Origin: Neophaeotheca triangularis
Taxonomy: Eukaryota
Assembly (NCBI GenBank): GCA_054600435.1
Contig: BAAIJX010000032.1
Location: 234,534-254,533 of the forward strand
Direction of reading: 5' to 3'
Length of the DNA: 20,000 nt
Shown here piece after piece: positions 11,875-20,000 of this stretch (position 1 is its first letter; each line of letters opens with the position of its first letter). The notes beneath the pieces are model-generated. The model saw only the letters and a program-made list of their open reading frames with translations, was not told where the DNA came from and did not search any database. The position numbers were made by a program, and so were the translations under genes.

Positions 11875-12193
11875 GTACGTCTCAACACCGCCATCCTGAT
11901 CCACCCCCGGTCCCACATCTAGCAGGCCGGCCGTCAAGCTCTCCACGCTGTCGCCGCTGCAAACCCGCCCCCTCCTCCGCCATCTCTCTTCACACCGCAC
12001 TTCGCAAACCTCACGCGACCACTTGGCGCAACAACACTGACCACGTGCGATCAGCTGCCATTGACTGTCATTACTCGCCGCCGCATCTGCTGCTCGCGCT
12101 ATCTGCTCGTCTAATCCGTCAACGCAATCCCCTGCTCACTCATCCTCACTTGCCGCCTTACTGCACCCTGGGCGGCGCATGACGTCTCTGTAG
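11875..12193 (+). other. Candidate 5'-UTR intron of the SAPS gene
   Basis: GTACGT donor 11875-11880, pyrimidine-rich body, CTGTAG acceptor ending 12193, 90 nt upstream of ATG 12284; branch site weak. Confidence 0.4.
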
Positions 12194-12283
12194 GCTGAAT
12201 CCGTTGTAGCCATCTTCAGCCTGGAACTGCTCGCTAGTTTCTACCAACCTACTCCATAGCTGCGAGCTGAGACGCAATCCAAC

Positions 12284-15200
12284 ATGTTTTGGCGATTCGG
12301 CGGCTACGCCAACATATCTACGCTCGACAGTATTCTGGACAAGCCCGATGTCACTGTCGAAGAGCTACTGGACGAGAGCGACCTGATTCAAGAGCTCAAG
12401 CAGCAGAACAGCAAGCTTATAGAGTTCCTTCGAGAAGAGACTGTGCTTAAGAAGTTGCTCGATTACGTTGTTGCGGACGCTCCTCCGGAAGAGTCAGTGG
12501 ACAAGGCAAAGGCTGAGGGTAGTCATGAAGAGGAAGAAAAGGAAAAGGAGCGGGCCTCAGGCATAAGCTTCTTCGGCAAAGGGAAGGGGCGTGACAGGTC
12601 AAAATCAGCGACGAGCAAGCATGACGACGACGGCGAAACGGAGCAGGAGAAGCAGGAGGCGCAGCGCAAGAAGTACGCATATGTCGCCTGCGAAGTGCTC
12701 TCATCCGAAGTGTGGTCCATTACCGAGGCCATTCTGGATCAGCAAGATGCTTTGCGGGAGTTCTGGAACTACATGCACAGGCCTGCGCCCCTGGATCCAC
12801 TGAGAGCCGGCTACTTCACCAAAGTCAACGAGGCACTGCTCGACAAGAAGACTGAAGAAATGCTCGCATTCTTCAAGTCTCTCGATGGCATCGTTCCGGC
12901 TATGCTGCAGCATGTGGATTGCCCGATGGTCATGGATCTACTACTGAAGATCATTTCCCTGGAGAAGCACGAGGGTGCCACGGGTATCGTCGACTGGCTG
13001 CAGGCACAGAACCTCATGCCTCTATTACTCGGATATCTCGGGGCAGAACACAACTCTGCAACCCAGACATCAGCTGGCGACTTCCTAAAAGCTATCATCA
13101 CCATCTCGGCAAATGCCACCACACAAGACCAATCGGTCATCGGACCAAACGAGCTTACTCGACAACTAGTGTCAGAGCCCTGCATCAAAACACTTATCAA
13201 CGACATGCTGCGCGGAGGCAACCCGTTGACTGTCGGTGTCGGGATCATCATCGAGGTCATCAGAAAGAATAATTCGGATTACGATCCCGAAAGCCTAGTC
13301 GGTCCAGAGCCTAAAACTTCAGACCCAATCTACCTTGGTACTCTGCTGCGCGAATTTGCGAGCCATGTGCCAGCTTTCATGCATCTCATCCGATCTCCAA
13401 GCGCGAAGAAACCCGAGCTCAAGGCAGCATTTGGTCGCAAGATAGAGCCTTTGGGCTTCGATCGATTCAAAACGTGCGAACTGATGGCAGAGCTGCTTCA
13501 CTGCAGTAACATGGGCCTGCTGAATGAGCGTGGTGCGGAAGAGGAGGCTCGAAAGCGCGACGCCGAACGCGAGAGACTCAAGGCAGACGGGATACTAGCC
13601 ACACCGAAAGCGCCAGGGACCCCGAGTCACGAAAACTCGCATGAAGAGTTTGGTAGCTCGGTGGATAGTCACGGTTTCCACCATGCCGAGAAGCCGAGTG
13701 ATGAAGAGTACGAGGGCAACTCCAGAGACGGCAAGAAGCTAGAAGTGCAGAACACGAGCGATGAGGATGGCTTCGAAAAGGTCACGGCGCCTTCTGACGA
13801 TCTGCCTGACGAGGTAACATTCGATGACTTGGACGAGAAGGTCGAGAACAAGAACGTGGTGTCTCAGAGCACTACTGCTGTGGACATACCGAAGCCCCTT
13901 TCGCCGAACAAGGGAGACTCCACGACCAAATCGGCGACACACTTGGCCCCATCAACAACACAAACAGCAGCAGACTCGCCAACTTCCGCCGGCGTCACCG
14001 ACCGTGTCAACAGCCTCGACATGGACGATGATACTGTGATGACTGAACTTGGGGAAGAGCCAGTCGAAAAGGGTAAGCAAACCTCGTCGCCTCTAACCCG
14101 AGAATTACCGATGGGCCCAGAACAGCCACTGAGCTTCCCCACAGATGAAGACGATCAGCCCACAGAGCTTGAGCGCGAGCTGTCCCGTCATGCAGAAGAC
14201 ACACCTGCACCGCTTTTTGCCGCGAAAAAAGAGCCTGCCGATCACTCCAATAGCTCCAACTCCTCCACGGGGCTCAGTGAGGATCCCAGTGAGGACTTTT
14301 CCAACACTGATCAGAGCGTTGCGACCATACAAGGCGAAGAAAGATTGGCGTATGAGACCGATGCCGATGGCAATCCTGTTGTTGGCGATCTTCTCAAGCT
14401 GCAATTCGTCGAGCATCAGGTCGTTCCGACGATACTTGTAAGACCATTATGACCCGTTTTGCAGATTCGGATTCGTCCATGACCGGGCATCGTTGCTAAC
14501 TTCATGTAGGATTTCTTCTTCAGGTTTCCTTGGAACAACTTCCTACATAACGTGGTTTACGACGTTGTCCAACAGGTCTTCAACGGCACACTCGATCGGG
14601 GCTATAACCGGGCCCTTGCCTTTGACCTCTACAAGCCCGTGGCCGGCAAGAACGGCGAGTCTGCCGAATCGCTAGGCTTGGGATCCTCCAAGGATATCAC
14701 CGACCGTATACTCGATGGCCAAAAGGCCTCGGACCTGGCTCAAGCCGACCGTGGTATGCGATTGGGTTACATGGGTCACTTGACGCTTATCGCCGAAGAG
14801 GTCTGCAAGTTTGGCAACAGGCATCCCCCGGAAACGCTTGATCAAATCGTTCTGGACCGTGTCAACCGAGACGAATGGGTCCAATACGTCGAAGGCACCC
14901 TTACTGAGACCCGCGAGAAGGACAACGCTGTCTTGGGAGGCGTCAGACCCGAAAACGCCATGGGCGTGCGGCAGCAAGTCGGCATTGGCAGCCTGCAAAG
15001 TGGCTTCACGGCCAACACGTCAAGCGCCCTCTCCGACGCCGGCATCGCACCGCAGGATAGCCTCGCAATGTCTGAAGGCACCGTTGGGCAATCGTCCTTT
15101 GAGATCAATTCTGGCAGCATGCTGAGTGGATTCGGCGACGGCGATGACGACGAAGAGATGGAAGATGAGCATGAACAAAAGGGTGGCCAACGCAGAGGCT

Positions 15201-16321
15201 CCGAAGGCGCGCTTTCGGAGGATGAACAGGTTGGTGAACTTTCGTTCGATGATGTTGATATGAACTATTAACGGCACCCGCACCTTGCACGCCCTTTTGC
15301 GCTTTTTACTGCCCTCGGCACTCACGTACCTGCATAGTGGACCTTCATCAGATGAGGAGCAGTTTCGATGCATGGGACGGCTTTTGTACGATTACCGGAT
15401 GAGGGAAATCCCTATAGCATACATTTCTCTTCTTGTATAGTAGTACTCTTTCGAGGCTGCACTTGTTCTCGAGATCTTGGGCCCCTTGTTCAATCTTTTT
15501 TCCTTTTCCCCCCCATTCTTCTCCTACTCGACTCGTATTGCTGAGCGTCCCTACCGACTCACCAGCAGCAGCTTTTTCGCATCACGAAGATAGAGGTACG
15601 CCGCAACGAACGCTTCGAACACGTCAACTGACTAATATGCTCGCCTCTGCAGGACTCGTCACCCACGGCAGCCAAAGGCTCTATCCCGCCACCCCTCAAC
15701 ATCCCTCCATCCCGAGCACGCATGCAACTGGCAGCTCGACTGGCTGCCAAGAAGAAGGAAGCAGAAACTTTGGACAACGATCCAGATCTCGCGGATAATG
15801 CCGCTGTAACCACTGCAAGCCTTTTGCCTCAGGAACCCTCGGAAGGCTCTGTCGATCTCGCCCCCGCAGCTGAGCAGGATATACAAGAGTCCGGTCTGCA
15901 AATTACAGGGCTTAGAGTGCAACCCAAGTCGGATGGCATGGGCAAAGGGCCGAATCGGTTCAGTGGCCTCTTCATGAGTGATAACTCGTCGTCTTCGGGC
16001 GAGGACGAGTATGGCAGCGATGAACGCGAGCAAGGGGATGGCACGGCTGGAGCGAAGAAGGGTGCTGCTGCTGGTAGGTCGTCCCAAAGTCAAGAAGAAC
16101 AGGACGACAACAAGCAGCGTCGTCCAAGCACTACCGAAGCCAAGACGCGTCGGCCGCTCGACGAAGACGACGACGACGATGATGATGATGAGGAGTTTGG
16201 CTCTGTACTGGAGAGCAGGCACCGTTTGGGCGCGGGTCCGTTCGCAGATCCCATCGAGATGAGCGATGATAGCAGTGACGACGAGCCCGTTGAGATCAAG
16301 CCTACTCGTCGAGCTGGCTAG
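12284..16321 (+). CDS. SIT4 phosphatase-associated protein (SAPS / PP6 regulatory subunit; SAP185/SAP190/Ekc1 family). Exons 12284-14437 and 14510-15229, probable micro-exon ~15572-15595, and 15653-16321 (~1188 aa); alternative short form ends at 15271 (971 aa)
   Basis: Family signatures MFWRFGGY, YAYVACEVLSS, IIIEVIRKNNSDYD, EPLGFDRFKTCELMAELLHCSNM, DFFFRFPWNNFLHNVVYD (formed across intron 14438-14509) and RLGYMGHLTLIAEEV. The distal exon PPPLNIPPSRARMQLAARLA with an acidic tail is in frame with an acceptor at 15652. Confidence 0.92.
14438..14509 (+). other. Spliceosomal intron of the SAPS gene (72 nt, phase 0)
   Basis: GTAAGA donor, GCTAAC branch 14495-14500, TAG acceptor ending 14509; joins VVPTIL|DFFFRFPW. 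Confidence 0.95.
15596..15652 (+). other. Probable intron (57 nt) before the last SAPS exon
   Basis: GAG|GTACGC donor, ACTAAT branch 15631-15636, TGCAG acceptor ending 15652. Confidence 0.65.
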
Positions 16322-16613
16322 GAAGCGATGCTGGAGCATACGGAGACATGGAGTATGGGGGACTTTGTACTTTTAGCATTATACCAAAGTTTGATCATTC
16401 AGTATCATCTAGGCTCTACGTTTCCTTTGCTGTATTGCCGGCGGTGTCGTAGGGTTACTGCCATGGAATCGATGCTCTAGAAACTACGAACGACCACCCC
16501 ATCTCCACATGGCATAAAGGGAGACCTTGTTGGCATTGCCGAATCCGGTAACAGCTCTAAACGCGGTGAAGGTGGTAGCTTGGGTCTTGAAGGTCCCGTA
16601 GGACCGTTTCAAC

Positions 16614-16723
16614 ATCTCTCTACTCTACTACTTTCTCCTCTATCCTCTCCTTCGAAATCTCTCTACTCTACTACTTTCTCCTCTATCCTCTCCTTCGAAA
16701 TCTCTCTCTACTACTACTACTAC
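16614..16723. repeat. Perfect 43-bp tandem duplication (16614-16656, 16657-16699) running into a partial copy and a short (CTA)n tract
   Basis: Unit ATCTCTCTACTCTACTACTTTCTCCTCTATCCTCTCCTTCGAA read twice, identical. Confidence 0.95.
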
Positions 16724-16752
16724 TTCAGTACAAGCGGTTGAGTTTACCCTTG

Positions 16753-16829
16753 GTAAGAATTACAGGAGTGAAGCATTGGCTTATCTCTCTCCTTGAGTCC
16801 TTCGGTTCTCCTAACATACTAAGCTTCAG
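16753..16829 (+). other. Probable 5'-UTR intron (77 nt) of the orphan gene at 17007
   Basis: GTAAGA donor, CTAAC branch 16811-16815, TTCAG acceptor ending 16829; same donor hexamer and nearly the same length as the coding intron 17700-17775. Confidence 0.6.
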
Positions 16830-16833
16830 TTGA

Positions 16834-17007
16834 GCAGCTACAACGCGCTCCCCTCTCTCCCAGCATCCTTTCAGTTTTAGTAGCTAGACTGCGGACATCC
16901 AGTCACAAGCGACACTACTAGCAGCTACAACGCGCTCCCCTCTCTCTCAGCATCCTTCCAGTTTTAGTAGCTAGACTGCGGACATCCAGTCACAAGCGAC
17001 ACTACTA
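16834..17007. repeat. 87-bp tandem duplication (16834-16920, 16921-17007) with 2 C/T differences; the second copy ends on the A of the ATG
   Basis: GCAGCTACAACGCGCTCCCC...CCAGTCACAAGCGACACTACTA read twice. Confidence 0.95.
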
Positions 17008-19491
17008 TGGAGGGGAACGGGGACGAGCAGCAAAGAAGCGGAAATGTGAAGCGGAAAAGCCGTCCATTCCTTCCAGACTCATCAGATGAGGAACCTGAGC
17101 TGCCTAGTAAGAAGTTGAAGGCTTCGCAGCCACGTGGACCGAGCAAGAGTACAAAGACAAAACACAAGCCAGGGATTCAAGACGAACAAGACGAACAAGA
17201 CGAACAAGACGAACAAGACGAAGAAGACGAGAAATTCCTGTCCGAGCTGTTCCAAGGGCTCGAGAGATTCAGTCCACCAAATGTTTCAGTCACAGCAGAC
17301 AGGCTAAGCGATGCTGGGGACAAAGACTCCGACGATGAAGACACTCTCCCACCTACCGTGAAGCAGGCTTCAAACGCTCGTTCCGGCCGAAAGGACCAAA
17401 AGAACAAGAACATGGGCAAAAAAAAGCTGCCAAAATCTACTAAGGCTGCTCCCAAAAACCCTGGCATTGGTAGCGAGGCTAAAGACACAATCACAACAGC
17501 CCAGTCACAGTGGACCAAGCCAGCGAACGACGCGTATAGTAAATCAGAGATGAGGCTTGTTCTCAGAGCGCTCCAGGAGGGTGTACTCGCTGAAGTCCAG
17601 GGTGTAAAAGGCGCAGGCTGGAAATATTGGACTGAAACGATCGATGCTACGTTCAAGACACTTCCTACGGAAAGAAAATCGAGAGCAGCAAAGTATCAGG
17701 TAAGACCGAGCACCGCTTATAGCTATTCGTTACAAGAATACTTGTGTCGTATCTAACGAACCGGTGATACAATAGGGTGGGCTTGAAAAGCAGAATCTCA
17801 ACCCGATACGAGCCAAGTACCGCAAGCAGTGGTCTAGGTTCAGAATTGCGCTCAACGAACACCCTCTCTATGAGAGGCTTATGAGGAATCCTATGTCTAC
17901 TGTGACAAACTCTGGGAATTCAACCATCTCATACAAGGAGCTGGGTCAGGCGTGCCTTAATGTGGCTTCAGATGCGATCGAAACTCGGTTCAGCAAAGAC
18001 CTCGAAGAAAGCGAGAAATACAAGGCAGCTATCCGAGCGAACCCTAGCCACACTCCGAGCTTCTTCAGTCACGGTAGCAAGCCAAAAGTCGACGTCCGAA
18101 TGATCCAGAGGAATGGGAGTCGTATAGCCTCGTCAGTCGCGCAAGACCAAAAGGTTGAAAACGACGGTGATTCTGAAGACGACGACGACGCCGGACATAC
18201 CACGAATGCAGTCAAAAAGGATCCAGGAGCTAGTACGAAAGTGCAGCGTTCCGTCACAACAGACGCCGTCTCGGACGTCAATGCCTTCCTACTGCTTACG
18301 CAAGCTTTCGCTATGCTCACAAAGCTAAAAGCAAACCTTGCGGAAGAGGGAGAAGTCTTAGAAGCTGCAGGTAGGGATTTCGAGGGTGACGAAGACTTTC
18401 TCGAGGGACACCTTCTTGCGCATCTCGACGGTGAGCAAAAACCTACCGATCAAATCGAAGCGTTCATTTCAAGAATCGAAGAAGACGGCAGACTGGTGAA
18501 GAAGATGAATCCAGCAGAACTTGAAGCTTTTCATCAGATCATCGTCCCTGGTAAGAGGAGAGGTGATAGGGCTGGAGACAGGACCCAGGCTCCGGTCACA
18601 AGCGACGTCGAGACTACCAGGACCCAGGCTCCGGTCACAAGCGACGTCGAGACTACCAGGACCCAGGCTCCGGTCACAAGCGACGTCGAGGCTACTAGGA
18701 CCCAGGCTCCGGTCACAAGCGACGTCGAGGCTACCAGGACCCAGGCTCCGGTCACAAGCGACGTCGAGGCTACCATCCAGGAAATGCGAGATGCTCTGAA
18801 ATCAGCCCCCGTAGCGAGCAAAGGCGAGGGAGATGATCAGCATCAGGACGGCCAAGAAGCTACTCCCGTCACAGAAAACCAAGAGGGAGTTCAAGAGTTG
18901 CAGTCCGGTGATGACGTGCCTACTATGGATCTGGAGTCTGAGGCTGTAAAAGGAGGCGGCTTAGTCTCAAATGACCGCGACCTTGAGGATAAGAAGCCTC
19001 TCTACCAGGCAACTGTCGAGGGCGAAGTTGATGGCATGGACGTTGATGTAAAGGGAGAGGAAGAAGGAGCTGAGGAATTCGATCGAGATGTCCTTCTAGA
19101 CGTTGAGGGTGAGAATGACGGGCAGGTTATAGAAGGGCGAGGCAGTAGTCTCGTCCCTTCAGACTTGGAAGATGAATGTGACAAGCAGATGGTAGGAGAA
19201 CAGGAAACTAAGCCACTAGCATTCGAAGGAGGCAACGGTCCCGACCCTACAGACTTGGAGAGTAAGGGCGGCAGCCAGAGTGCGGAGAAAAGTGCATCCG
19301 TTGGAGAAGGCGATTCGGTCTATGCGGACGCGCAGGATGAGATCAACCAGGTCACCAAAGATAGAGGCTCCGTCACACTCGACTCGAACGACGACGACCT
19401 CACTCAGCCTACTCAAGACGAAACGACTATCGGCGCTAGCTCTTGGTACTCCAAAGCCATCAACTATACTAGCAGCTTCCTCGGGCGCTAA
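17007..19491 (+). CDS. Orphan acidic, probably nuclear protein (802 aa; exons 17007-17699, 17776-19491) with a putative Myb/SANT-like (trihelix/MADF-type) segment and repeat-rich tails
   Basis: Intron 17700-17775 (GTAAGA, CTAAC 17753-17757, AATAG) fuses ORFs 17007 and 17881 through an open 35-codon linker (GGLEKQ...LYERL). NLS-like KRKSR...SKKLK. The domain call rests on pattern only. Confidence 0.8.
17178..17231 (+). repeat. 9-bp coding repeat (CAAGACGAA)x5 plus a degenerate copy, encoding (QDE)5
   Basis: Read directly in the sequence. Confidence 0.95.
18580..18774 (+). repeat. 39-bp coding minisatellite, 5 copies, encoding RTQAPVTSDVE(T/A)T
   Basis: Unit AGGACCCAGGCTCCGGTCACAAGCGACGTCGAGRCTACY; copies differ at only two positions. 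Confidence 0.97.
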
Positions 19492-19760
19492 ACAACTACG
19501 AGTAGTTTGGTCACAGCCGACGGACCACCTCAACAATTCACGACAGCATCCCAACATGAAAGCGACCATCACCCCCAAACGATATTTGATATTACTACTC
19601 GACATTACAACCCTTCCCTTAGCACCAGCAATCTCGAGCCAGTATCTACCCTGCCCTGCCCTGCCCTTTTAGCTAGTCCAGTCACATATGATATGCAGAC
19701 ATGATAATGAAACGTTCAATGACCAAGAATTTACCCTTTTCATTTCAGCTACTAGATGAG

Positions 19761-19857
19761 CTACCGTCTACTATGTCGGAGAGTAAGACATATGCTAGCA
19801 ACACAGACCACAAATCCCCTCAATAGCAAAAACAAAAACATCAAACCCCCGCGGGGG

Positions 19858-19939
<82 letters not shown>

Positions 19940-20000
19940 CGCGGGGGGGTTTTGATTCTGGTGTTGGCGTTGGTGTTGGTGTTGGTTCTGGGTTTGGTTT
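19761..20000 (-). CDS. Possible 3' end of a convergent gene: Pro/Thr stalk, poly-Pro, hydrophobic segment and basic tail
   Basis: Minus frame open from 20000 to a TAG at 19763-19761: KPNPEPTPTPTPTPESKPPRA(P)26RPRGGLMFLFLLLRGFVVCVASICLTLRHSRR*. It crosses an unreliable homopolymer. Confidence 0.4.
19859..19939. repeat. 81-nt poly-G homopolymer (G-rich 19851-19949); possible sequencing or assembly artefact
   Basis: Read directly in the sequence. Confidence 0.9.

Larger units (their letters stand above)
16902..19521. promoter_or_regulatory. Dispersed array of the gapped motif GTCACA-N3-GAC (13 exact copies), putative protein-binding sites
   Basis: Plus-strand copies start at 16902, 16989, 17289, 17504, 18253, 18595, 18634, 18673, 18712, 18751, 19372 and 19510; a minus-strand copy lies at 17895-17906. 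Function is inferred. Confidence 0.6.

Noticed and set aside
15659..16339. 226-aa minus-strand ORF with hydrophobic runs
   Set aside because: Antisense of the acidic (GAC/GAT-rich) last SAPS exon.
16744..16756. TTACC-CTT-GGTAA palindrome / TTAC(N7)A resembling a Starship target site
   Set aside because: Too short to be significant alone, and it overlaps a good intron donor (GTAAGA at 16753).
18580..18774. 39-bp repeats as a CRISPR array
   Set aside because: Head-to-tail units with no unique spacers, in frame within a eukaryotic ORF, and no cas genes.
17007..19491. ORFs 17007-17756 and 17881-19491 as two separate genes
   Set aside because: A canonical phase-0 intron (17700-17775) joins them through a stop-free linker.
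16902..19522. Motif as a yeast Ndt80/Sum1 MSE (GNCRCAAA) or Abf1 site (RTCRYN5ACG)
   Set aside because: No copy has the CAAA of an MSE; only some copies end in ACG, and Abf1 is a budding-yeast factor.
16600..19800. RIP-degraded transposon (CTA/TAG-rich flanks)
   Set aside because: The ORF is intact and rich in CpA, the two differences between the 87-bp copies are not in CpA context, and no transposase remnant is recognisable.

Overview
Intron-containing genomic DNA from a filamentous ascomycete (Pezizomycotina; Dothideomycetes is my inference from the gene content and the GT..CTAAC..YAG introns). Positions 1-16.3 kb hold four + strand genes: a Nup98-Nup96 nucleoporin precursor (5' end outside the window, 2 introns), a 948-aa disordered hypothetical protein, an alpha-arrestin-like PPxY protein and a SIT4/PP6 phosphatase-associated (SAPS family) subunit. 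The Nup98-96 and SAPS genes each have a splice donor whose read-through reaches an in-frame stop, suggesting short and long C-terminal isoforms. From about 16.6 kb the sequence changes character: a hairpin, 43-bp and 87-bp tandem duplications, then an orphan 802-aa acidic protein with a Myb/SANT-like segment and 9-, 39- and 90-bp internal repeats. The main observation is a 12-bp gapped motif, GTCACA-N3-GAC, present 13 times in 16.9-19.5 kb (upstream, coding in and out of frame, minus strand, downstream) and not found by eye in the first 16.8 kb. It may be a binding-site array at the end of an accessory or mobile element. The window ends in an 81-nt poly-G run (possibly an artefact) lying inside a minus-strand frame that reads as a Pro/Thr stalk, a hydrophobic segment and a basic tail.
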